Positions 48,050 to 61,470 of a stretch of 64,000 bases of DNA are shown here, piece by piece; position 1 is the stretch's first letter; the number at the start of each line of letters is the position of its first letter. Under the pieces are notes generated by a model that was given only the letters and a program-made list of their open reading frames with translations, was not told the origin of the DNA and ran no database searches. A program made the position numbers and the translations under genes. The DNA is from Mobula birostris. Lineage: Eukaryota. The stretch is from NCBI RefSeq assembly GCF_030028105.1, contig NC_092380.1, positions 27,305,144-27,369,143 of the forward strand. The letters run 5' to 3'.

Positions 48050-48620
48050 ACGTCGCTAATAGAAGCCTGACGTAGTCTCTATGTATGATGTCACAAGTGG
48101 AGGCCCCGCCCCTTGGCTCTCGCGAGAGCTGAGCTGGGCTGTGCTGCCGATGGAGGTGATGGCTGTCGAGTACAATGGAGCGGAGCGCTGCTGAGCGGCC
48201 GAGGGCCGGAGCGCGGGGACTGAGCAGCGGGGAGCCGCGCCATGGACGCTGTAGCCGCGCCTGCTGACCTGCTGGCGTGCGGGGGCAGCGGGGAGTCGAG
48301 CCCCGGGAGGGGAGCGGACGGGCCGCCGCCGGGCCCCGATGCCGATCCTGACGCAGTGAGGCTGGTAGAGCCGAGCCCGAGCCTGCTGGAGCGCTGCGGC
48401 GTGTGCAAGGGCTGGCTGCGGGAGCGCCAACCCCGCCTGCTCCCCTGCCTGCACTCGGTGTGCAAGGGATGCCTGCATGGCGCGCTCAGTGCGGGCTCTA
48501 GCCCGCAGGCTGAAGGTAAGGCCTGGGCTGGAGAGAGGAGGGCAGGGACCCGGGGCGAGTGCGATGAGATCGGGGCAGTGGACGACATGATTTGGGGGAG
48601 GGGCGCGAATGTGCTGAAGG
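48050..48620 (+). promoter_or_regulatory. CpG-island promoter
   Basis: GC- and CpG-rich. CRE-like TGACGTAG at 48068, GC box GGCCCCGCCCC at 48102-48112, palindrome GCTCTCGCGAGAGC at 48116-48129 (TCTCGCGAGA motif). Confidence 0.85.
48242..48515 (+). CDS. TRIM28: TIF1-family (TRIM28/KAP1-like) RING protein, coding exon 1
   Basis: Kozak GCCATGG, low-complexity N-terminus, then LLERCGVCKGWLRERQPRLLPCLHSVCKGCL. Donor AAG|GTAAGG, phase 1. TIF1 family membership is strong. TRIM28 versus TRIM24/33 rests on recalled motifs (CGVC...PRLLPCLHS versus CAVC...PKLLPCLHSFC). No further exon found in the window. Confidence 0.75.
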
Positions 48621-51600
48621 AGAATGGTACATCTGACCGGACGAGGACTGGGTTGATGGAGTTTGTCTGAGTGGCCGTGAATTAGGAGAGTATCGCCGGA
48701 GAGTAGGGTGCGTAAGGGGACCAGGGGTTGTGATGTGGGCTTGTTGATAGGGAGAGACATGGGGGGGGGCTGCCGATCAGGAGGGAGGGCGATTGGGGGA
48801 TGAGGAAGAGAAGACTGGGGCGTGGGACGGCGTGCGAGTTTGAGGGATGCCGCAAATTGTGTGGGGAGGATAAGAGGGAATGCAGTGGATCTGTGAGGCA
48901 GTACTGACGGAGGATTGTTGGGAATAGGGTATGGGTGACTGGATTTTGCTGGTGGAAGTTCTTAGAATAATGTGCACGTTGGAATGAGTGGACCAGAGAA
49001 TAAATGGTCAGTCTGGTCCGATGGTGTGGCATTCGTACAAATGGTGGAGTAAAAAGGTTACTACAGTGAGGAGGTTCTGGAGCTGGAGAGCGGGAAGTTC
49101 AGCAAATTTCTGTAGTAGAAGAATGAAGGTGGGTGGTCTGCGATCGAGGCCAGTATCCCGTGTTACCTGCATTGGTGGAAGGGGGAATATGTGCCAGCGG
49201 CCTTGCTTCAATTTCGTGGAATACTGAAAGTTTGCATTGGGTGGATGACAAGTTGAGAAGGAAGAGTGATGATTAGAAAACGGAGTAAGTCTGAAGTTCA
49301 ATATCTGTGGAAAAAAGAGGGAATTTTTTTGGATAGGGGATCAAGGAGCAGCGTTCAGACTCGGAAGTAAGAATAAAGTTACTGCTTTGAAGCTACACTG
49401 GATGTTTTTTTTTGGTCACTGAATGAATTGTAGAGGGGCTTGTTTTGTCATGAACAGGAACACGATTACTTCCCAAATGTGTTGTCAGAGTTAGTTGCAA
49501 TAAAGTGCACAAGAATGATCTGATTCTGTTTCTAATTCAAGTGAGTTATTCAGTAACATCATTCAGTAACTGTCATTCAGTAACATCATCAGTACTTCGG
49601 CAAATTCAGAACTGACTTAATGGACCGAATGGCCTAACTCTGCACTTTTGTCTTGTGGTCTTACAGATTGCTGATTTGTTCTGAAAACTTGCTGTTCATT
49701 CTTGCTTGAGTTAATCCCATATGAAATAAGTAAGATATTTCCCAGTGGGATGCTGGATTTCTTTATTCATTTTTGGGGATCTGGGCATTTTGGCCAGGCC
49801 AGCAGTTACTGAGCACCCCTAACTGTTTGGGAGCAGGTGGGTGGTGAGCTGCTGCCCCTACATGCAGCAGTCCTTCTGGTGCCGCTATCATGTTGGGCCT
49901 TGAAATCCAAGACCTAGGCGATGTCAGGATTCTGTTCAACTTGTTGGATAGAGCAGTTGTTTTTTGCAATCCAAGTGTAAACTGCTAGGGGTGGAGTGCA
50001 TTAGTTTGTAAGGACTGGATGAATATGCATCATTAGACAGTTTTTGGAAAACTCAATCAGCTTTAATTGAACTACTTATTGGCCAAGTATCGAAAGAATG
50101 ATTTCTGTGCTTTAGTTCTCTTTCCTGTCCAAAAGTGCTTTCCAGCCTCACGCAGTACTTGTGAAATCTTGTCAATGTTGTTATGTTGTGTATCGTAGGC
50201 AGCCAATTTGTACAGATCAACCTCTCTCAAAGAACTATGTGATGTTGGGTGGATAATCTGAGTCACGGATAAGTGATGGTACTGATAGTGATCATACTGT
50301 CCGGCTTTTCAAAGTGGTGATGCACCCACCTGAGAGGGAAGACTGCCTTTCTCTGAAAGATGGCACTTAAGACAGCAATGCTTTTCCTCCCTTGTGTACA
50401 ATCTAAATGTCAGAGTAGGTCTTGACCATATTATTTTGCCTCCAAATGTTACCAGCCAGGCCACACTGAGAGCTTGTAGGATTGCAAAGTCTACTGAATT
50501 TACCAACGTCATCATTCAATTGAAAGCTACTCTTGCTCAGACGCATTCAGTGGATTGAATAGTAGGTGGTTGGGGGGGGGGAGGTGGGGAAGAACAAGCA
50601 TGCAGGAACAATGCAAGCTTCTGGCGTCTGGCATTAAAGGTACTAGGAGCTGCATTGTCCACAGTGGCTCTTGCACTACAAAAATGCAAGTAATTTTAGT
50701 AGTAATTTGTCATCATGCTTCAACTTTGAGGAAATTTCTTTGGATGCTAGCATTTTTCATTGTCCTCCTATCACATTTTCATGCTTCGTTGTACTCTGCT
50801 TGCATGAGTGATATTGATTGTACAGAGCATTCAGTAAATGAGTGATTGCCAACACCAGCTATTTCTGAGAGATCTGTGGATAGATGATCATTTTAAAGCA
50901 CATGAAGGTGCATTAGCACCAGTATAACTTGTGGAGAATTACAGAGAACTGAGGTAATTCTGTTCAGTGGAACATGCAAAGAGATGTGTGGATAAAAAAT
51001 ATCATGTTAAGGTACCTCTCTAAATAGAAGACAGTGTTCTTATCGCTTATCACAGCAGACTTCTCAGTGAAAACAGGCCCGATTACTGGCCAGCAGAGAA
51101 GTTAGGAACTACACAGAAAGCAGTATTCTATAGGATATTTACTGAGGATGGTGAAAGCAGTTTCAGTTTCTCAGAAAGTACATCTCAAAGCATTAAAGGT
51201 TGTTGGTTGAAGTAAGATTTCTTGTCTGTTTTAATGATTAATACAGCAAAACATCTGACCATTGCTCACTGTCTTGTACAATTCTTAAGTATTCTCATTA
51301 TAGCAGGTTAGACAAACTTGAGTTGTTTTCTCTGGAGTGGCAGAGGCTGCCGGGAGATAAATAAGATTATGAGAGGCATAGATAGAGTAGGCAGAGAGTA
51401 TATGTGAACTGTACACATTACTCCAAGTGTGATCTCACCAAAAACTTTTACAGATGTAGCATGATGTCCCAGCTGTCTTCTCAATAGCCTGACTGAATAC
51501 ACCCTATCTGTGTCTCCACTTTGAGGAAACTATTCACCTGAAGCCCTAGGTCTTTCCGTTCTACAACACTTTTCAGGGCCCTGCCATTTATTGTATAAGT

Positions 51601-53040
51601 CCTGCTGTGCTTAACTTACCAATTTCAATATCTTACTCATGTCTGAATTAAAATCCATCTGCTGTTCCTTAGCACTTCCCCAGTTGATCTAGCTCCTGTT
51701 GTAATCATAGATAACCCTCTTGACTATCTACTGTACCACCACTAATTGTGTACTTGCAAGCCTACTAATGATGTCAATTTATTCTCATCCAAATCATTAA
51801 TATTGGTGACAAGCAATAGTGGATCCCAATCCCTACGAGACACCACTGGTTACAGGTTTTCAATCTGATGAGCAACCCTTTACTACCACATTCTGACTCA
51901 TTTCATGTAGCCAATTTTTTATCCAGTTTGCTAGCTCATCCTGGATCCTTTGATCTAATCTTCTGAACTAATGCATAGAACCTTGTCAAAACTCTTGCTA
52001 AAGTCCATGTAGACAATGTCACTGCCCTGCCCTTGCATTCCTTTTTATTATCTCATCTGAAAACTGATTTGTCAGGAAGTCATGTTGACTAACCCGTATC
52101 AGTCCTTGTCCTTACAAGTGCTCGTGGATCCGGTTCCCTCAAACTTCCTCCAGTAATTTACCACTGATCCTAGGTTCACTGGCCTGGAGTTTCCCTGGTT
52201 GTTTTTCAACCCTTAAAGACAGTTATAGCATTAGCCATCTCCAGGTGACTCACCCTTGTGTATAGATTTTGCAAGTATTTCTACCATGGACCCTGCAATT
52301 TATTTCCTACTTTCTCACAGCATCCTAGGATGATCTTCTTGGGCAGGTCTCGGGGACCTCATTACTACCGTAAGGGAGGAGGTACAGGAGATTGAGGAAC
52401 AGCTCCTTCTCCTTTGCCATAAGATTTCTGAACTGTAAATGAACACTATTTATTAATCCTTTCTGAACTATTTTTATATTTTGTAATTTATAATTTTTCT
52501 CTTTGTACTTTTCTGCTGCCACAAACCAACAAATTTGACATGAATGGCAACACACAAAATGCTGAAGGAACTCAGCAGGTCAGGCAGCATCTATGGAAAG
52601 GAATAAACAGTCAACGTTTTGGGCCGAGATCCTTCATCGGCTTTGGAAAAACAAGATGAGAGGTCAGAGTATGAAGCACTTCCTCCAGTTTTTTGTGTTC
52701 CTCCAGCACTTTGATTTCCAGCATCTGCAGATTTGAAATTTCACATCATATAAGACTGTGATAATAAATCTGATGTTAAAGTATCCACCCTAATGCTTTA
52801 AGACTACCAGCATGTTTATTGTAATGTGGATGCGTTCCAATCACCACCATACATTTTCCTTAGCTTACATACCTCTGTTGTAAACACTGATGAGAAGTAC
52901 TCAGTTCGGACCTGATGGTGAGCTGCTACTCCATTTACAGGACACCTGGGGGTATTGGTTGATTTGTGCTGAGTGTTGCAGTGTTTATGTGTAATCTCAA
53001 AAGATTAAAGATTAGTTTTATTTATCACATGTACATCAAA

Positions 53041-54770
53041 ATAGTCATAGTCATACTTTATTAATCCCAGAGGAAATTGATTTTCGTTACAGTTGCTCCA
53101 TAAATAATAAATAGTAATAGAACCATAAATAGTTAAATAGTAATATGTAAAATATGCCAGTAAATTATGAAATAAGTCCAGGACCAGCCTATTGGCACAT
53201 GATGTCTGTCCCTCCAAGGGAGGAGTTGTAAAGTTTGATGGCCTCAGGCAGGAATGACTTCCTATGACGCTCAGTGCTGCATCTTGGTGGAATGAGTCTC
53301 TGGCTGAATGTACTACTGTGTCCACCCAGTACATTATGTAGTGGATGGGAGATATTGACCAAGATGGCATACAATTTGGACAGCATCCTCTTTTCAGACA
53401 CCACCGTGAGAGAGTCCAGTTCCATCCCCACAACATCACTGGCCTTACGAATGAGTTTGTTGATTCTGTTGGTGTCTGCCACCCTCAGCCTGCTGCCCCA
53501 GCACACAGCAGCAAGCATGATAGCACTGGCCACCACAGACTCGTAGAACATCCTCAGCATCGTCTGGCAGATGTTAAAGGACCTTGGTGTCCTCAGGAAA
53601 TAGAGACTGCTCTGATCCTTCTTGTAGACAGCCTCAGTGTTCTTTGACCAGTCCAGTTTATTGTCAATTCGTGTCCCCAGGTATTTGTAATCCTCCACCA
53701 TGTCCACACTGATCCCCTGGATGGAAACAGGGGTCACCGGTACCTTAGCTCTCCTCAGGTCTACCACCAGCTCCTTAGTCTTTTTCACATTAAGCTGCAG
53801 ATAATTCTGCTCACACCATGTGACAAAGTTTCCTACCGTAGCCCTGTACTCAGCCTCATCTCTCTTGCTGATGCATCCAACTATGGCAGAGTCATCCGAA
53901 AATTTCTGAAGATGACAAGACTCTGTGCAGTAGTTGAAGTCCGAGGTGTAAATGGTGAAGAGAAAGGGAGACAAGACAGTCCCCTGTGGAGCCCCAGTGC
54001 TGCTGATCACTCTGTCGGACACACAGTGTTGCAAGCATACGTACTGTGGTCTGCCAGTCAGGTAATCAGGAATCCATGACACCAGGGAAGCATCCACCTG
54101 CATCGCTGTCAGCTTCTCCCTCAGCAGAGCAGGGCGGATGGTGTTGAACGCACTGGAGAAGTCAAAAAAACATGACCCTCACAGTGCTCACTGGCTTGTG
54201 CAGGTGGGCGTAGACACAGTTCAGCAGGAAGATGATGGCATCCTCAACTCCTAGTCGGGGCTGGTAGGCGAACTGGAGAGGATCTAAGTGTGGCCTGACC
54301 ATAGGCCGGAGCAGCTCCAGAACAAGTCTGTCCAGGGTCTTCATGATGTGGGAGGTCAATGCCACCGGTCTGTAGTCATTGAGGCCGCTGGGGCACGATG
54401 TCTTCGGCACAGGGACGAGGCAGGACGTCTTCTACAATACAGGAACCCTCCGGAGCCTCAGGCTCATGTTGAATACATAGCGAAGTACTCCACATAGCTG
54501 AGGGGCACAGGCTTTGAGCACCCTGGTACTGACACCATCCGGTCCTGCAGCCTTGCTTGGGTTGAGACGTTTCAGCTGTCTTCTCACCTGTAGAGCTGTG
54601 AAGCCCACCGTGGTGGTTTTGTGTGGGGATGGTGTATAGTCATGAGAGCAGGGTGGGGGACTGTGAGGAGGGGAGAGTGGAATATTTGTTGGTTTGGGGC
54701 TGACAACAGATGGCTCATGTGTGGGATGGACAGGGGTCACACTGTGAAATCTGTTAAAGAACAGGTTAAG
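53041..54770 (-). mobile_element. Rex1/Babar-like LINE RT, same family as 3320-4724
   Basis: 304-aa ORF 53189..54103 with GAPQGTVLSPFLF and KFSDDS. KAAGPDG upstream. (TATGAC)n tail. Confidence 0.9.
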
Positions 54771-55604
54771 TTGTACAGTGATATGCCTCCATTGCATCAA
54801 GACTTAACACAGTACGAAGGAATATGTGCTGCCTAATATTGAAGTACTTAAATATACTTTTTTTCTGAATTAAGAAAATAAATCGGTGTTTAGTTAATGC
54901 TTTTAGTACAAATTTCTTAATTGCGAAAATAGCATTTAACTTAGTTTTGCTACTTCGGCAAATACTTTTTAAATAGATGCTTCTTGGCAGTATCTTGTTT
55001 AATAACAGCTGCAAGAAACAGTTCAGGTCAATTTAAAGTAACTAATTTGCAGTTAATGGTTTTGCTTTCTTAAAAGAAACTTATTTTTGGGTCCTTTTGA
55101 AGTTCTATTTCTACTATTTGCTTTCCTGTTAATGCCATTAAGTATTTGCAAGGTAAGCAAACAGACAATGTATAATAGTTCTTCATTTTAGTTAACTGAA
55201 CCGATTTTCAGATATTTCTGATCTGGAATCAGATATGTATTCTGGAACTGATTTCAAGTTCTGCAGAGTGCAAACACACAGGGTAAATGGTCTCCTGTGA
55301 TGCATGAAAGTGTGGCAGAAATGTTAAGGTTGGTAGACCTTGGTAGAAATAGAGGGAATGTTAAAATGAGCAGATGCATGACAATTAATTTCATACAAAG
55401 TCAAAATGAAAGTGAAGTTTGTTATATGCACAGGTGCAATGAAAAAATTACTTGGAGCAGCATTCATAAGAGAAAGCAGGCAAAAACAAGGTGACAATTT
55501 TTAGAAGAAAGATGGGGGAAATGAGAGAAATAAAAGGCCTAATCTGCGCTGTATCTCTAAATGCGTATATGTGTGCGGTACATGCATACAAATTGTACAA
55601 TGTT

Positions 55605-56680
55605 TAAAAAAGATTCAGAATGGTCATCTATGCATGGAGCCAAAAGAGATGGGGGAGATTTTAAATGGAGTTTTTGCATCTGTATTTACTTGGGAGATGG
55701 ACACAGAGTCTAGAGGAGTGAAGCAAAACAGCAGTGAAATCATAGACTATTTATAAATTATAGAGTAGGTGGTGTTTGCTGCCTTGAGGCAAATTAGGGT
55801 GGATAAACCTCCAGGGTTTGACAAGATGTTCCCTCGGACCTTGTTGGAGGCTAGTGCAGAAATTACAAGGGCCTTAGCCGACATATTTTTAAAAAATTCC
55901 TTAGCTGCAGGTGAGGTGCCGGATGATTGGAAGATAGTTAATGTTTCTTTGTTTAAGAAAGGTTCTGTGAGTAAGCTGGGAAATAGTAGGCTGATGAGCC
56001 TGACATCAGTAGTGGGAAGTTATTGGAAGGTATTCTAAAGGACTGGATGTACAGGGTTCGATTAGGAATAATCATTGTGGCTCAGTGATTGGTAGGCTGT
56101 GTGTAACTATTGTCGAGTTTTTTGAGGAAGTTCTAAGAAAAGTTGATGACAAGATAGTGGATGTTGTCTATGTGGAATATAGCAAGGTCCATCATGGAAG
56201 GTTGGTCGAGAACGTTCAGTCACTTGGCATTCAGGATGAGGTCGGAAATTGGAATATTCATTTTCTTCGTGGGAGAAGCCAATAGTAGGTGGTTGATTCT
56301 CCTGACTGGTGGCTTCTGATTAGTGATGTGCCACAGGGATCTGTTTTGGGTCCATTGCTTTTTGTCATCTATATCAACAACCTGGATGGTAACGGCGTAA
56401 ACTGGATAAGCAAATTTGTGGATTACACCAAGATTAGGGTGCAGTGGACCGTGAGGAAGGCTATCAAAGCTTACAGCAGTATCTGGGCCAGCTGGAAAAA
56501 TGGCAGATGGAATTTAAAGCAGACAAGTATGAGGTGTTGCAATTTCGGAGGACAAACTAGGGTAGATCTTACACAGTGAGCAATAGGGCACTGAAGATTG
56601 CGGTAGAAAGGAGGAGTCTAAGAATACAGATCCATAATTCCTTAAAAATGGCACCACAGGTAGATGGGGTCATCAAGAGA
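55605..56680 (+). mobile_element. Degenerate CR1 RT fragment
   Basis: GEVPDDWKIVNV, SLTSVVG, DVPQGSVLGPLLFVIYIN. Confidence 0.8.
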
Positions 56681-58034
56681 GAGCACTGCGCATTGTGTGA
56701 AGTTCAAAACACAATGTTTATTTTTTTTTAAAATTGCAATCTGTCACAGAACCCCAGTTGAGAAACCCTGCACTATACTGACTGGTATCCCATTGCCCTG
56801 ATATCTCTCTCTACTTGTTGGTGTCCCATTGTGCTGATATCTCACTGTACTACTGGATGTCAAATGGTCTTGGTATCTCTGTACTAGAGACTATCCTGTT
56901 GCCATGAAGTCTCGCTATAATGGAGAGTCCAATTTTCTTAAATCTCTCTCTATACTGGAGATTGTCCCTCTGCCTTTGTATTTTTGGTGGGGCAATATCT
57001 TTCTTTCCTGGTAGGTGTCCTGCTCTGTGTCTATACTGATGAGTATTCCACTGCCCTCTCCACTCTCCACAGTGCATCTCTACACTGGAGAGTCTCCCAT
57101 TACCCTTGTATATCTGTATACTGGAGAGTGTCCCATTATCATGATATCGCTCTGTATAGTTGGGTGTCCTGTTGCTCTATGCTGTGGAGTGTCCCATTGC
57201 CCTGATATCTCTCTATAATAGCATCCCATTATCCTGTTTTGATTTCTCTCTCTTTGGTTGGTGTCTCATTGCCCTTGTACTTCTATACATGTGGATGTCC
57301 CAATTTCCTGATCTCTCTTATAGTGGAGAATTTTCAATTACCCTAATATCCCCCTCTACTGGACAGTATCCCTGTATGGCCACAATAATGGAGTGTGGCC
57401 ATTGACATGATATCGTGCTAGACTGGAGAGTGTCGTGTTGCTCTGTTATCTCTTTGTACTGGAGAATGCATATTGCCACAATATCCTTCTTGACTGGAAA
57501 GTGCCCCATTGCCCTGATATCTGCCTATATAGGTGAGTATCCCATTGCGCTGATAGTTCTCTATTCTGGGGGTTGTCCCACAGCCCTGAAAGCTCTCTAT
57601 ACTGGTGGGTATTCTATTGCCATGATATATCTTTATACTGGAGGTTGTCCCACTGCCCTTGTATCTCTGGTGGAGCAATATCTCTCTATAATGGTGAGTG
57701 TCTCTTTGTATTGATATCTTGCTAGAATGGCACATGTTCAATTTCCCTGGTATCTCTTTATAGTGGAATGTGTCTTATTGCCATGATATGTCTCAATACT
57801 GGTGGAAAATTCACTGTCCCCTGATATTGTATTATACTAGAGAGCGTCCCACTGTCCTGATCTCTCTTTACAATGGAGTGTGTCCCATTGCTCTAATATC
57901 TTTATAATGAAAAGTGTACTTTGCCCTGATGTGTGTCTGTACTGGTGCATGTCCCATTGCCCTGCTATATCTCTGTACTGGTGTTGTCCCATTGCCCTGT
58001 TGTCTCTCTATACTGCAGATTGTCCCGCTGCCCT

Positions 58035-58604
58035 TGTAACCGTAAATTTGCTCGATCAAATAACAACAGTACAAAAAGATCGTTGTTTATCTTTTCACCC
58101 ATTTATTTCTTTGAGCTCAGCCGGCAGGTGAACTTGGACCTGACATCAGGGAAAGAAACGTTCTCATCTCCCCGGCGGTTCAACAGATTCACTGCCTGAT
58201 GTCAGAATTGTTAGAAGTTATACGGCCACCGATACATAAGAACAATCAGTTTGATAGACACTCCAGCCACCTTAATTAAAGAAAGGAATGTCCTACCTGG
58301 TTTGTTGGAGTCACAACTTAATTACAAAGATAAGAACATCCGTCAAATTTATGCTTTAATTAAGAGAGGAATGTTATGTCTAATTCCCATCAGGTACTGC
58401 CTTTTGTCAAAATCAAAAGGTATGAAAAGCCCAGAGACATCTTATGTGGATGTGGGTGAACTTTAACCCTTATCTTGCTCCAAAGAAACCAGCTGTGAGA
58501 CAGTATTCTAACACATTGCAGTCACCCACAAAATACACAGACATAGTCGGTTCTTAACCCATTGTAAACAATCTGAGAATCCCCCGTTCCCTTAAACTTT
58601 ATCA
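58035..58604 (-). mobile_element. Solo LTR (570 bp)
   Basis: TGTAAC...TTATCA termini, 4-bp TSD CCCT (58031-58034, 58605-58608). AATAAA on the minus strand near 58102. Confidence 0.78.
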
Positions 58605-58699
58605 CCCTTGCATTTCTGCTGGGGCAATATCTCTATACTGGTGGGTGTAACCTTTGCACTGACATCTCTCTGGAATAGAACACACCCCACTTCCCTCTT

Positions 58700-61470
58700 A
58701 GCTCTGTGGAATTATGATGTAGTGGCCATTACAGAGACTTGGCTGGCACCAGGGCAAGAATGGATTCTCAATGTTCCTGGATTTCAGTGCTTTAAAAGGG
58801 ATATAGAGGCGGTGGGGAAGGGGAGGAGGGTGGCATTACTGGTCAGGGATACTATTACAGCTACAGAAAGGGTGGGTAGTGTAGCAGGATCCTCTTTTGA
58901 GTCAGTATGGGTGGAAGTCAGGAACAGGAAGGGAGCAGTTACTCTATTGGGAATATTCTGTAGGCCCTCTGGTAGCAACAGAGATACCGAAGAGCAGATT
59001 AGCAGATTGGGAGGCAGTTTTTGGAAAGGTGCGAAAACAACAGGGTTGTTATCATGGGTGACTTTAACTTCCCTAATATTGATTGGCACCTGGTTAGTTC
59101 CAAGGGTTTGGATGGGTCAGAGTTTGTTAAGTGTGTCCAGGACGGATACCTGTCACAGTATGTTGACAGGCCGACTAGGGGGAATGCCATACTAGATGGA
59201 GTATTAGGTAATGAACTGGGTCAGGTCACAGATCTCTCAGTGGGTGAGCATCTGGGGGACCGTGACCACCACTCCCTGGCCTTCAGCATTATCATGGAAA
59301 AGGATAGAACCAGAGAGGACAGGAAAATTTTTAATTGGGGAAGGGCAAATTATGAGGCTATAAGGCTAGAACTTGCGGGTGTGAATTGGGATGTTTTTGC
59401 AGGGAAATGTACTATGGACATGTGTTCGATGTTTCGAGATCTCTTGCAGGATGTTAGGGATAAATTTGTCCCAGTGAGGAAGATAAAGAGTGGTAGGGTG
59501 AAGGAACCATGGGTGACAAGTGAGGTGGAAAATCTTGTCAGGTGGAAGAAGGCAGCATACATGAGGTTTAGGAAGCAAGGATCAGATATAGCAAGAAAGG
59601 AGCTTAAGAAGGGGCTGAGAAGAGCAAGAAGGGGACATGAAAAGGCCTTGGCGCGTATGGTAAAGGAAAACCCCAAGGCATTCTTCAATTATGTGAAGAT
59701 CAAAAGGATGACAGGAGCGAAGGTAGGACTGATTAGAGATAAAGGTGGGAAAATGTGGCTGGAGGCTGTGGAAGTGAGCGAGGTCCTCAATGAATACTTC
59801 TCTTCGGTATTCACCAATGAGAGGGAACTTGATGACGGTGAGGACAATCTGAGTGAGGTTGATGTTCTGGAGCATGTTGTTATTAAGGCAGAGGAGGTGT
59901 TGGAGTTAATAAAATACATTAGGATGGATAAGTCCCCGGAGCCTGACGGAATATTGTCCAGGCTGCTCCACGAGGTGAGGGAAGAGATTGCTGAGCCTCT
60001 GATTAGAATCTTTATGTCCTCGTTGTCTACGGGAATGGTACCAGAGGATTGGAGGGAGGCGAATGTTGTCCCCTTGTTCAAAAAAGGTAGTAGGGATAGT
60101 CCAGGTAATTATAGACCAGTGAGCCTTACATCTGTGGTGGGAAAGCTGTTGGAAAAGATTCTTTGAGATAGGATCTATGGGCATTTAGAGAATCATGGTC
60201 TGATCAGGGACAGTCAGCATGGCTTTGTGAAGGGCAGATCATGTCTGACAAGCCTGACAGAGTTCTTTGAGGAGCTGACCAGGCATATAGATAAGGGTAG
60301 TACAGTGGATGTGATCTATATGGATTTTAGTAAGGCATTTGACAAGGTTCCATGGTAGGCTTAATCAGAAATTCAGAAGGCATGGGATCCAGGGAAGTTT
60401 GGCCAGGTGGATTCAGAATTGGCTTGCTTGCAGAAAGCAGAGGGTCGTGGTGGAGGGAGTACATTCGGATTGGAGGATTGTGACTAGTGGTGTCCCACAA
60501 GGATCAGTTCTGGGACCTCTACTTTTCGTGATTTTTATGAACGACCTGGATGTGGGGGTAGGAGGGTGGGTTGGCAAGTTTGCAGACGACACAAAGGTTG
60601 GTGGTGTTGTAGATAGTGTAGAGGATTGTCGAAGATTGCAGAGAGACATTGATAGGTTGCAGAAGTGGGCTGAGAAGTGGCAGATAGATTTCAACCTGGA
60701 GAAGTGTGAGGTGGTACACTTTGGAAGGACAAACTCCAAGGCAGAGTACAAAGTAAATGGCAGGATACTTGGTAGTGTGGAGGAACAGAGGGATCTGGGG
60801 GTACATGTCCACAGATCCTTGAAAGTTGCCTCACAGGTAGATAGGGTAGTTAAGAAAGCTTTTAGGGTGTTAGCTTTCATAAGTCGAGGGATAGAGTTTA
60901 AGAGTCATGAGGTAATGATGCAGCTCTATAAAACTCTGGTTGGGCCACACTTGGAGTACTGTGTCCAGTTCTGGTCGCCTCACTATAGGAAGGATGTGGA
61001 AGCATTGGAAAGGGTACAGGGGACATTTACCAGGATGCTGCCTGGTTTAGAGAGTATGGATTATGATCAGAGATTAAGGGAACTAGGGCTTTACTCTTTG
61101 GAGAGAAGGAGGATGAGAGGAGACATGACAGTGGTGTACAAGATAATAAGAGGAATAGATAGAGTGGATAGCCAGCGCCTCTTCCCCAGGGCACCACTGC
61201 TCAATACAAGAGGACATGGCTTTAAGGTAAGGGGTGGGAAGTTCAAAGGGGATATTAGAGGAAGGTTTTTTACTCAGAGAGTGGTTGGCGTGTGGAATAC
61301 ACTGCCTGAGTCAGTGGTGGAGGCAGATACACTAGTGAAATTTAAGAAACTCCTAGACAGGTATATGGAGGAATTTAAGGTGGGGGGTTATGTGAGAGGC
61401 CGGGTTTGAGGTTCAGCACAACAGTGTGAACCAAAGAGCCTGTACTGTGCTGTACTATTATATGTTCTGT
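58700..61470 (+). mobile_element. CR1 LINE, near-complete ORF2 (AP endonuclease plus RT), frameshifted
   Basis: AITETWL, MGDFNFP, DHH, NYRPVSLTS, SGVPQGSVLGP, KFADDTK, TRGHGFK. ORFs 59021..60166 and 60339..61409. Confidence 0.93.

Noticed and set aside
48516-48670. C-terminal part of the 142-aa ORF 48242..48670
   Set aside because: It reads through a strong GTAAGG donor, lacks the final RING cysteines and is therefore intronic.
48056-48760. Long minus-strand ORFs (234 aa, 165 aa) over the CpG island
   Set aside because: Stop-poor GC-rich antisense frames with no domain motifs.
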